Source: Phoronis australis (lineage: Eukaryota > Animalia > Phoronida). Taken from it: a stretch of DNA of 64,000 bases. The notes below the pieces were generated by a model. It saw only the letters and a list, made by a program, of their open reading frames with translations, made no database searches and was not told where the DNA came from. Shown here in pieces: positions 1-10,164 of the stretch; the stretch's first letter is position 1; every line of letters begins with the position of its first letter. Position numbers and translations under genes: made by a program. The stretch lies in contig NMRA01000377.1 of assembly GCA_002633005.1 (NCBI GenBank), positions 254,982 through 318,981 of the forward strand. The letters run 5' to 3'.

Positions 1-383
1 TAAAAATGGCCACTAGGTGGCGCAAACTATGTCGAATCCATCCGAAAACGGCAGGATAGCGTCATCTCACTACTAGGTGCCTACATACCAAATTTCATGA
101 AAATCCGTTCAGGACTTTTGAAGATACAAAGGTAAGCGTAAAAAACTAAAATTGCCACTAGGGGGCACACCGGTAGTCGGATCCGTCCGAAAGTTCGCAC
201 ATGCCGTCCCATTCATGAATGGAACATATGTGCCAAATTTCATGAACGTATGTCAAAGGGTTTTGGAGATAGAGCAGCGGACGCCGGACGCCAGACGCCG
301 GACGGACGCCGCCCGGACGGACGGACGGACGGACAGAGATGACGGCATAATGCGTCCACATATAAATATGTGGGCGCATAATT
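1..383 (+). mobile_element. Non-autonomous Helentron-associated (HINE/pearl-like) element, 3' part
   Basis: Diverged internal tandem units (GCCACTAGG...CCAAATTTCATGAA at ~9-100 and ~155-246), then a (GGAC)n microsatellite at ~280-335 and a terminal hairpin TGCGTCCACATAT-AA-ATATGTGGGCGCA at ~351-378. This layout is typical of pearl/DINE-type elements. Confidence 0.6.
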
Positions 384-460
384 AGGTGGTAACATCTTTA
401 AACCTCAAAGCAATTTGCCGTTTGATCAAGAAGTCAACACTGACAGCTAAACATGGTCAC

Positions 461-3400
461 CTGGACATGAATGTCACAAGTCGGTTGTGGAAGAATCGAC
501 CTTCATGTTCCGCATAGAACTTCTCCGCATCATGACGGCGTAGTCGTACATAGCTTGATCGCACAAACAAAAAATTGTGCTCCATAATCATCTTCTGTAT
601 GTTCTGAAAAATATTTGAACAAAATTTTTTCCAACCATCAAGACACTTATGCCTATGCCTGTGCAAATTGTCCTTTTAAAATTCATTAAAATCATTTCTG
701 GTAATAAACCTGATCAATTCCCAATCTAGATCTAAATAAGTTTCACAAGGTGATGACCAGAACTGCCCGGGCAAAGTGAAATTTCCAGGTCTATTTGAAA
801 TTCAACACCCACGGCTTCCTAGCTGTATTTTAATGTTACATAGCCATCATCATACAGGAAGCTGGCTGACAGTGCAGACAGCCTGTGGTAGTGTGGTACA
901 GACAGAGTGCTGAGCCTGAGCTTTAACTGGAGTGGCCTTGGTGCAAAGCTGTATACTAAATATGCAGCTTTGTGGCAATGTACATAAAAAGTGGCCAAAT
1001 AAAATGTGATACAAAATTAGTGTCATCAATAAAATCTCCACTTCTTGAGTAAACTAAATTATTAACTGGCGTTAGAAAAACAGGCGTTCTACCGAACATT
1101 CTGCTGCTACAGTTATGGAGCCATCTTATGCCTCCTGGTGCGTACAGTATTAAAAATGACCAGTTGTCAATTTGGGCAACGAAAAGGACTCCTCGAAAAA
1201 AAGTTTGATTACAGGATTAGGTCAATTTGTTCGAGCTGTAAGGAATCCTAAGCACAAAAGGTACTTGCACATGCGAGCACCCAGGGGGGGGGACTCAGGG
1301 AGCCCCCCTTTGGCAAAGTGGGCAAAAAGACTCAGACAAACAAAAAGTCTGAGAAAAAGAGACAAAAGTCCACTAAAACGGCAAGAATTGGGCGTGAATG
1401 CACAATTCATAGCTCTGAACGTAGTACCCCTTTCTTATTTTGTAGTCCCCGTTTCTTTTTTTTTGTAGTCCCCGATTTTGTTTTTCAGTAAAAGGTCCAC
1501 ACTCTCAAAAATTCGAGATCCCCATGTTTTAAGCTGGGTGCGCGCATGTTATAACAACGTGACTTTGATGAAACACCTCGGAAAAACGGTGAATGCATGA
1601 ATAAGAAGAGCCTAATCCCTACAAATAACACATTTTTGGAATCACCACCATCATTGTGAGAGCATGACCGCATTCTCCCGTTCAGTGACTTTACCAGACG
1701 CAGAGGGTTGTGAGCATGTGATAACATCCAGCTCCGTTTGTTTACTACCAAGCAGTCTTTTGTCTGGTACGACAACAGGCTGGCCAATATTACCTACCAG
1801 GCTTATAACATACCATGTGTGAACACAGTCAAACTCAAAGCAAATTGGTACCTTCGGAAAGAATGGATTGTCGTAACCTTGGTTGTACTTGGGTGATTTA
1901 AAATCTAAACATGATCATTATTTGTCGAAGAATTTAGAAATGCTATTGGTTATGTTCAAATATGTTATAACTTAACTTTTATTTTTAACAGCACAGCCCA
2001 GTCAGGCTAGATACGATCTTATTGGAGATTAGACCAATTAATTATCGAACAAAAGAGAGCTGGCCTCCTACCATAAATGCCAGAATGGAGTTAACCAGTC
2101 GTGCAAGATATTGGCTACAGGGGTCGTCTTCCCAACTTGTTGTTGGGCTAGTATAGAATCGAACAAATTGGGAGCAACGGGAAAACGCCGTAATGGGGTT
2201 CAGAAAATAGTCAAAGTAGGCCCTATGTTAGGCAATGACCATCGCCTCTGTTGGCCCGAACCAGAGGCGATGTAGAGGCTATAGGCGCTCTGTACGCCGG
2301 AAGCTTTTCGGCGAATTATGCCTCGCACCGACTAAACCATCAAAGCCACGTTGTTATAACTACCTTTTGCGCATAGACGAACACCTTAGGAGGTTGTCGA
2401 TGTGTTTAAGTTCTTCGAACTCGAACAAATACTCCCGTCATGAAACTTTTTCTTCGAGCAGTCCCTATTTGAGTTCCCAAAATCGTGAAATCAACTTTTT
2501 CATTTTTTAACCAGGCCGAAGGTCAGAAGTTGCGGACCTACCGGCGAACTTTGAAAGCTGAAGTTCCCGCCCTTCGCGTACGTGCTGCCGGGAACCAGCC
2601 GTGCATTTGCCGTGTTGTTAAACATTAAAATGTCAAATATGTGCACAAAGACTATTAAATGTCATATCAACAGCATTTATTTTTATCAAATACAAACAAT
2701 GATTCATTGAAATACAATCAGTTTCAAGTAACGCCAATTAAAGACAAGTATAAGTGGTGGCATTTTGGAAACGAACATTTGACTGACAAGACCGCAATGG
2801 CTCACCTTTGGCCTATTTAAAGATTGAGGTCATGAATTGGAGCGTGCGCAGTATAAAAATGGTGAGTTCACGATTTTGGGAACTGAAATAGGGACTGCTC
2901 GAAGAAAAAGTTTCATAACGGGAGTATTTGTTCGAGTTGGAAGGAATTAATCACATCGACAACCTCCTAAGGTGTTCCTCTATGCGCAAAAGGTATTTAT
3001 AACAACGTGACTTTGATGGTTTAGTCGGTGCGAGGCATAATTCGCCGAAAAGCTTCCGGCGTACAGAGCGCCTATATAGCCTCTACATCGCCTCTGGTTC
3101 GGGCCAACAGAGGCGATGGTCATTGCCTAGCCGGGCCTAGCCCTATGTAAGTTCAATCATAGAGTCGGATTGTAAACAATAACCTAAGTTTGATTACGGG
3201 AGTATTTCTTCGAGTTGGAAGGAATTAAAAACATTGACGGCCTTCCGGCGTATGAAGCGCTTCAGGAGCTTCACCGTCTGCAATGCAACTTCAAGACGGT
3301 GATCGGTGATCTTAACTTCCGTTAATCGCACACTATTAGCCTACAAAGGCTACATGTCTAGCTGGCTAGGACTCGAGTGGTGTTTCCGGCATTACCTTTA

Positions 3401-3479
3401 AAATATGAGGATGAGCGACCGCATCAGGTTTTATAATGGCAACAGTGAGTTGCAAGGACTTCATAGCCTTTTCTATCAT
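461..3479 (-). CDS. NME6: Nucleoside diphosphate kinase 6 (NME6), first two coding exons; gene continues beyond window start
   Basis: Exon 3396-3479 gives MIEKAMKSLQLTVAIIKPDAVAHPHILK then GTAATG donor. Exon 461-603 (TTTTCAG acceptor, GTGACC donor) gives NIQKMIMEHNFLFVRSSYVRLRRHDAEKFYAEHEGRFFHNRLVTFMS. This matches the NME6 signature LQLTxAxIKPDAVAHP...FYxEHEGRFFxxRLVxFM. Confidence 0.93.
2229..3139. mobile_element. MITE with ~260-bp terminal inverted repeats and 9-bp TSD (Mutator/Foldback-like), in NME6 intron
   Basis: 2229-2490 (TAGGCAATGACCATCGCC...CAAAATCGTGAA) is the near-perfect reverse complement of 2867-3129. GCCCTATGT flanks both sides (2220-2228 and 3140-3148). No transposase ORF. 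Confidence 0.85.
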
Positions 3480-3790
3480 ATTGTAATTTGAAGGAAATCA
3501 TCTCGTAGTTAGCTGGTAAAAACAGCGCAAGTCCTCATGCTTCACGCACTCCATCTCCCGGAGAAATGTAATCACAACTCTAAATAGCTATGCATACCGT
3601 GAAATATCCCCAAAATTTTCACATAAGTTGCTAAAAATACATTATTTAGAAAATAAAAAGATTTTAAAACTCTTAATTATGTATATTTACATAGATTTAA
3701 TAACGTAAAAAGAAGAAATGTTGTGTGTAGAGTATGTTATGAGACTAGTCACGTGACTCTTCCTTTTTGGAAGCCATCTTTGATTGTCAG
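3480..3790. promoter_or_regulatory. Bidirectional NME6/RPS21 promoter with TCT/5'TOP start and non-coding RPS21 exon 1
   Basis: Palindromic E-box GTCACGTGAC at 3748-3757, pyrimidine tract CTCTTCCTTTTT at 3757-3768 (ribosomal-protein TCT/TOP initiator), YY1-type GCCATCTT at 3773-3780, donor CAG|GTTCGA at 3790/3791. The NME6 ATG is only ~280 bp away on the other strand. Confidence 0.7.
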
Positions 3791-3984
3791 GTTCGATTCT
3801 AGCATGTGCCCCTAAAATATAGGGATATTCTCCCCTAACATTTGTTTTTGTTGACCACTAACTATTATTTTGACGAATATTTGACAAAATTTCACACTTT
3901 AAGCATCTATTTAACGTCCATGATTTTTTGCGATTAATTTTTGGCGAGGAAACCGTGCTTGCCTAAATCGAGCCAGAACGAGCG

Positions 3985-4208
3985 TAGGCAATGACCATCG
4001 CCTCTGTTGGCCCGAAGCAGAGGCGATGTAGAGGCTATAGGCGCTCTGTACGCCGGAAGCTTTTCGGCGAATTATGCCTCGCACCGACTAAACCATCAAA
4101 GTCACGTTGTTACAAATATCTTTTGCGCATAGAGGAACACCTTAGGAGGTTGTCGATGTGTTTAATCCCTTCCAACTCGAACAAATACTCCCGTTATGAA
4201 ACTTTTTC
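3985..4208 (+). mobile_element. Truncated second copy of the long-TIR MITE, ending at an assembly N
   Basis: Starts with the same TAGGCAATGACCATCGCCTCTG end as 2229 and stays near-identical up to the N at 4209. Confidence 0.85.
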
Positions 4209-4403
4209 NAACGTCCATGATTTTTTGCGATTAATTTTTGGCGAGGAAACCGTGCTTGCCTAAATCGAGCCAGAACGAGCGGCGACGGCCATGCCCATGC
4301 CATGGGCATGGAAGTGGCGAGTCACCCGCTTGACTTATTTGATCAATTAGAAGAAGACTCTTGAAACTGGTTATCACACGTTGACATTAGTCTGATGTTA
4401 CGG

Positions 4404-4720
4404 CCTCATTCAAGCAATCATAATTCTTCAATTTTTAACCTAGAATTGTTGCATCTACGTGACTGTAGAAATTGTTTTGTGATGTCATTTGTAAATAATG
4501 GAAGCTAGATACTTTGTGGAATCATGGGGACGTCACTGAACGGCTTACTGACTGGGCATAAGTCGGAAAAAATCTAACTTCAAAGTCCGTTATTTATAAA
4601 AATAGAGGAGGCAAAACGGATGCCACAGCCACAACTGTTTTTACANTGTCTTGTGAACACGGATGCTGAAATGATGACTCCAGGTTAAAAATTGAAGAAG
4701 TTAATGACTGTTTAAAGTGG
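4404..4720. mobile_element. Degenerate inverted-repeat element (old MITE) in RPS21 intron 1
   Basis: CAATCATAATTCTTCAATTTTTAACCTAGA (~4415-4444) is reverse-complementary to TCCAGGTTAAAAATTGAAGAAGTTAATGACTG (~4679-4710). Confidence 0.45.
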
Positions 4721-4906
4721 ACATTGATTGTAATCGGGAAGTTCTCATTTTAGCGCCAGCTTAGCCTGAATAAAAGGACAAACGTACTTGAATTTGGAAA
4801 TAATAATTTGACAGAATTGAGGATGTTCCCCATTCTGATTGTACCACATAGTTAAATATTTCACTGTTCCTTCTGGTGTTGTTTCAAATTGATGCAGTAG
4901 TTTTAC

Positions 4907-4984
4907 TTGCTTCTGTGATTAGAGAAATCTTGCATAGTCATTGACTGTGATGATGCTAAGATAAGGCAGACGATGAGAAGCGAT
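4907..4984 (+). ncRNA. Box C/D snoRNA, paralog 1 (18S rRNA guide, SNORD90/Um354-equivalent site), RPS21 intron 1
   Basis: Terminal stem TTGCTTC/GAAGCGA, box C GTGATTA (4915-4921), internal TTGA and GTGATGA, guide GATAAGGCAGACG, box D ATGA (4973-4976). Near-identical to 8734-8810. Confidence 0.8.
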
Positions 4985-5184
4985 ATCAGGGCTCGACGCT
5001 TAGCAAAACGTCAGCTCGTCCAATGTGACCTGGTAAAATTTTCTGGTCACCAAACAGGAACTAAGGTAGCCGAAAATAAAGTATGCTGTAGTGAAAAGTC
5101 AATGAACTCGGGAAGTGTCCCACAGTGTGCCTGAGATTACTGAGTTTTTCTGCTTGAACAGAAAGTTAGGGAGTGCCACATGTA

Positions 5185-5406
5185 CTTGAGTGATGACCAC
5201 TTAACTCACCCATACGCCCTACTAAGGTCTGGTATCACCTGAGACAGATGGTAATGATCTGGCTCTTCCGGTTTGTGCGGAACAGTTCCGACTTGCATCT
5301 GTGTACTACCTGTAGTATTTTGTGTGCGTGCACGGATGTGGCTTGGCGACTTCGTGGCAACCTGGGATTCTGTTAAAATTGACCATTACATTCGTAATCT
5401 GACAGG
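5185..5406 (+). ncRNA. Candidate long orphan box C/D RNA (scaRNA-like) in RPS21 intron 1
   Basis: GTGATGA at 5190-5196 and CTGA at 5399-5402, closed by a CTTG/CAGG stem in k-turn register. Internal CTGA at 5239-5242. G.U-rich 12-bp hairpin GCATCTGTGTAC/GTGCACGGATGT at ~5295-5339. No target recognised. Confidence 0.35.
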
Positions 5407-5744
5407 AACATTTCTCTGCCAAGCAAAAATCGCTAATATACTAAACACATGATTGTTGTATGTACAAAATACCTTACACGGCCACTGACAATGCTTGTAA
5501 TGAACAGTGGTTGAAAATCGGATTTTGGAAGTGGGATATCCCGTACCCCCACACTACATGCAGCGTCTGGCTCTGCAGTTGCCAAGACCTTTCACCACCT
5601 TTCTTGGCTCAAAATCCAAGGGAAACACTGGTACGTAAGGAATGAACTGTTGGAGGAATTGCTTCTATGACTAATAATAACCACGTGTAGTTCACAAATA
5701 ATTGAAAGTGTGTGTTCTGTTGCAGGCTTGTCACCACCAACACC

Positions 5745-8700
5745 ATGCAGAACGACACTGGTAAATCCGTGGATATGTACATCCCCAGGAAATGGTAATG
5801 TGAGACTCATTAAGCAATAATTATGTTATCCTTGCAAAGTTAACCTGTAGGACTTTTGCCTAGAAATCTTCTGAGCCATTTTAAATCGATGGTGTCTGAA
5901 CGATAGTGTGGGGAAATGTCGTGAGGTAAAGTTATGGTTGATTGAATCAGTTCTGGCACAGTGTGGTCACAATCGGTGTTTCCCTACACGCAGTCAGACA
6001 TGGTGTGGATCTAACCATGTTTGGAAATTTCCGAGTGAGTTGATAATCTTAAGCTCAATTTTGAAAATTGTTATTAAAACAAAAATTTTGAAGTTACGTG
6101 TGCGTGTTATGAAACTGGTAAAATTACGAGTGCAGAAAATTATCGAGTCCAGTCAAGTCTCTAGTACTATTCAGAGATGAGACTTGGAAACGGGATGCAA
6201 AAAAATGGCATATAATTTGACTCACGTTTTGGAAACTGCAACAATTCTCAAGTCACCTCGTTGTGAACCATATGTAAACTCGGTCCATTCCTGAACGTTC
6301 ACGTTTGATATGGTGCTGGGCAGTTGTAGCTTTCTGTATGGCACTTGTGATTGGCTAAAATCAGTGTGACTGAAGAGGATGCAATGTAATCGTGACATAA
6401 CTAGGATTTTGAGATTTAATTGTTCTAAAGTGTGTCGTCGTCTCTTTTCCTGCGTATTAATAATATTTTGGAAACTATGAGTCAGTAGCTGCGGCTTCGA
6501 TGATTAATTTCTTGTCTGATCACATTTGATGACTATTGATAAGGCAGACAATGAGAAGTCGCACATAACACCTAAAATTGTTATTTTCGTTCTTTTCTTA
6601 CTCAATATCTTTTTGGTGTATTATTATTATTTATTTATTTATTTATTTATTATAGTGATGTATTTACCAGTAATTACTCCATCTTAACACACCATCTGTC
6701 AGTTGTTCGATTCATGGCAAATGATGTCGTGACCTCTTACTTTTTAGTTCATCAAGCAACAGGATCATCGGTGCCAAGGACCACGCGTCTATCCAGATTA
6801 ATATAGCTCAGGTAAGCACACTTATACAGCATGTCTACGCGCGGGTTACAGTACAATTGGGACCTCATTACAATGTATCCTGCTCAGAATGTTAACAGCC
6901 ATGTAAGTTACAAACTTCCAAATCCTGATTTTTTCCTAATCCTGATGCATTTCTGGTACGAGTAACAGTCCTTTACAGCATACACCTCTGCAACGATGAC
7001 GCTCAAAATTTCTGGTCTGTAGTGACCATTAATATGTTTACATAGAGAAGCGGTTGACTGCGACTCAGTCTGAAGAATGTTCACGCATGCGTATGCCACT
7101 AGTAAATGAACAGCCATTGTGTTTTGAGTTGTGTACGAAGTTGTAGGACGAACTACTGTACTGTTTGATTTCTAAAGATGCCTGAGTTGGTCAGTATTTC
7201 AGTGAAATGTTAACGGATTAGTTCGAATCAAAAAGCGGAAATTCTAGCAAAAGTACAAAAGTGTTGTGTCGCAAACTAAACTGAGGGAAGAGTATCATTT
7301 GGCTCTCTCAACCATCACTGCGAAGTTGGCTGTGAAACAAAGATCATGCATGAGTATGAAGGTTGGAAGATAGTTGGACATCTTTTTGTGTCGCTGCTCA
7401 CTTTGAGTTGGAAAAAACTGGTTTCAATAGGTGAAAGTTCACCAATGCTTTCCCTTTCTGCTTGAAAAAGCATTGGTATTTGCACGCAGTTTGAACATTG
7501 GAAATTTTAACAGTACCAGTGGTTGGTTATATAGCTTGGGAGCGTGACATAACAATCGGAATCTGTCAATTTGGAGACTGAAGATACTGGAAAGATGCTT
7601 GCGAACCACACAACTTGTTTAATCCTGGTGAAAGCGGACTTTTGTGTCAAAGGATATAGTAAAAGTGAAAGGTAGTCAGGTGAAATGACTCGAAATTCCC
7701 TGTCCTGACGGGAGCCGAATTCATTGTTAGAGTGGTCTTCGTTCAAGACTGAGAATGAAGGGAATTGAGAGTAATGTGACTAAGCCGTACTGAATTTCGC
7801 TGTTCTAACAGTTATTACCAGTTATTACCAGTCATTACCAGCCATTACCAGTCAAATTTTCTGTCAACATACTTAGCTCTCATGACAGGGAAAATAGTAT
7901 TTTGCCTGATTATTTTTGTCTTGTACTGTAGGTGGCGTTAGTCTCCATGTTAAGGACTAGGGATGTTGTAGACCAAAGTTGAGTTAGAAGCGCATCACCA
8001 CAATGTGTTGTGCAATCATAAGTGGATCAGAAAAAAATGAAAAGGACCTTCGCAGAACACTTGCATAAAAGAGTGCTCGTGAAGGTGTGTGGTAATAGAG
8101 GCGTTCAAGATGTGAATGATGGAAAAAGCCAGCCCTGATTAAAATGTATCGTTGTAACATACAGATTTTGAAAGCCATTGATGCATGTTGTAATGAGATT
8201 TGACTGTCAGTACGACTGTACCGCTTTCCAGTTCAAAATGTTGCCGCTGTTGTGGGATAAACCCAAGCTGTATTGTTGTTTCAGGTTGATGAAAGCACAG
8301 GTCGTATGACCGGCGGATACACCACGTACGCCATCTGTGGGGAGATCAGGCGACAGGTGAGCTCCGTGAACTGTATTTTTAGGTTACGCTACATATTCTA
8401 TTAATTTTTGTCTGACATTCAACCACTGTTATTGGTGAATTTTTTGCGCTGATGCTCTCTTCTGCATACTGGTCAGTTCTTGTGTTCTTCCAAGTGGTTT
8501 TGCGAGGTTGCATAGAAGTTATATGCTGGATAACAGCAATGTTGCATTTATAGGGCACGTTACCATTGTTGAAAAATACAATTGAGGCCTGAAACAGTCG
8601 TACTTATTCAGTGGTTGAGTTTCAAATTTTTATGCAACCCTGTCCTGTTTGTTGATTTTTAAGGTCAGTTGGTGAAAAATGCAGCTGCATGTGTTCTATC

Positions 8701-10164
8701 TGGTGTCATTTTAAATTGACACAGTAGTTTTACTCGCTTCTGTGATTAGAGAAATCTTGCATAGTCATTGACTGTGATGATGCTAAGATAAGGCAGACGA
8801 TGAGAAGCGATGTATTCTACCACTGGCGCTTTTGTGCCTCTTCTATGTCTAGCTATAGGCTTCTTTTAAACTGATTAAGCACAGTTTACACAAGTCTTGA
8901 AAAGTCCTTAAATTTGAATCGGGTCATTAAAAGCCCTTGAATTTGAGCGTATGCCTAGAAAAATTCCTGTATTTTTCAACTAAGCCTTGAAAAGTCTTTG
9001 AAAATCTGAAATCTTACGATATGAATTTTATGAATGATTTTTATTTGTTTCATGTTTGTCTCGTGATAATCCTAAAAATCCCATGTTATAATGGATCATT
9101 GAAATTCTCTCAGTTATTGTAAATCTAGTAAGTTATGAAGCAACAAGCCGTCACTCTAGCAACCCCACCAATTGCAAACCATGAGGCAAGATTCTTATCT
9201 GGTAGGATCTTGAAAAGTTATGGATTTTTTCATGAAGCCCCTGAAAAAATTTTTGTGTGAACGAACCTTGCTTAGGGACTAGATTAGGTGTAAATTTCCA
9301 AATGTACTTTGTTGTTGTTATGGCCTCGAGATAATTCTATATCACCGATGTCTGTAAACATGCTGGTCATTTGATGAATCAATTTCGTTTACAGGGAGAG
9401 TCTGATGACAGTATCGCCAGGTTAGCCCAGAGGGACGGCATTATTGGAGAGTGAGTGGAGATTAGAACTTTGGTAGAAACAGTTGCTTCTATGATTAGAA
9501 AAAATCTTAATGAGTTATTGACCGTGATGATGCTAAGATATGGTAGCCAATGGGAAGTGATGTAGTCTACTACAGATGTTTTAGTACCTGTTCTTTGTCA
9601 GTCTTGTTTCCATCCCAGTGACAGATGTTGAGTTGGTGTTTTTTCAGTTGTTTCATTAGACCTGTTTGAATTGTTTAATCACACTTATGTGCTTTTTGGA
9701 TTGAGATATGTTTGGGGACACCTAAAATGATGATAACTGCTAAGTATTGGGCTAATCTCGTTCTGTTTACTCTTGTGCTAATGAGAGACTTTGACTAAAA
9801 GGGTGAGGCTTGGCATCATAGTCTGGCTTTTGATTAAAAGCTCTGTGTTTTATGTGTAAAGCTTTCAAACCAGAAGTCTGAGGATTCTAGGCTAAGGGAA
9901 CCTGTCATTCAACGTGTTCACAGGTTTCTGAAAAACAGGCCCCCGAATGTTTTTGTTACCATGCAGTACTCGTGGAAAGTATTCCGACAAAATGGCCTGG
10001 AATTCCTTGTCATGATGGCTGGATGGAAGCTGACTTCATTGTCAGAGTTATCTCCCCTCATTACATTAAGTTAGCAGGGTGGCTGAAGACATTCTGTAAT
10101 TGCAATTTCTCAGTTGATATCACTCACGTTTATTATTTCTCTTTTTCATTGCAGGAAGTTTTAG
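5745..10164 (+). CDS. RPS21: 40S ribosomal protein S21 (eS21), complete, 83 aa
   Basis: Coding exons 5745-5794, 6748-6811, 8285-8356, 9395-9450, 10155-10164 (252 nt, all GT-AG) give [83 protein letters not shown]. Confidence 0.98.
6491..6562 (+). ncRNA. Box C/D snoRNA, paralog 2 (diverged body, same 18S guide), RPS21 intron 2
   Basis: Stem GCGGCTTC/GAAGTCGC, box C ATGATTA (6500-6506), D' CTGA, C' TTGATGA, guide TTGATAAGGCAGACA, box D ATGA (6551-6554). Confidence 0.8.
7811..7853. repeat. 10-bp tandem repeat (GTTATTACCA) x4
   Basis: gttattacca gttattacca gtcattacca gccattacca, directly visible. Confidence 0.85.
8734..8810 (+). ncRNA. Box C/D snoRNA, paralog 3, RPS21 intron 4
   Basis: Perfect stem TCGCTTC/GAAGCGA, box C GTGATTA, guide GATAAGGCAGACG, box D ATGA (8800-8803). 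Body identical to the intron-1 copy. Confidence 0.82.
9483..9560 (+). pseudogene. Degenerate copy of the same C/D snoRNA, RPS21 intron 5
   Basis: Aligns with paralogs 1 and 3 (ATGATTAGAAAAAATCTT...TTGACCGTGATGATGCTAAGAT), but the guide is mutated (GATATGGTAGCCA) and box D reads ATGG. Confidence 0.65.
9721..9891 (+). ncRNA. Weak candidate ~155-nt box C/D RNA in RPS21 intron 5
   Basis: ATGATGA at 9727-9733 and CTGA at 9878-9881 enclose two apparent hairpins (GCTAAGT/GCTTGGC; TCTGG..AAAGCT/AGCTTT..CCAGA). The terminal stem is poor. Confidence 0.25.

Noticed and set aside
2235-4263. Near-identical 90-91 aa ORFs at 2235-2510 and 3991-4263 (MTIASVGP...)
   Set aside because: They lie in the TIR of a non-autonomous MITE, show no transposase motifs, and the inverted copy has a 2-bp frameshift.
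4985-5415. Telomerase RNA, RNase P/MRP or U17 in RPS21 intron 1 (TTAGGG at 5166, hairpins, ACA at the end)
   Set aside because: No template of 1.5 repeats (CTAACCCTAA), no RNase P/MRP CR-I/CR-V motifs, and no U17 m1/m2 motifs found.
8734-8811. U2 snRNA similarity (TCGCTTCT, GCTAAGAT, GAGAAGCGAT)
   Set aside because: The matches are short, coincide with the snoRNA terminal stem, and are not kept in the intron-2 paralog; the rest of U2 is absent.
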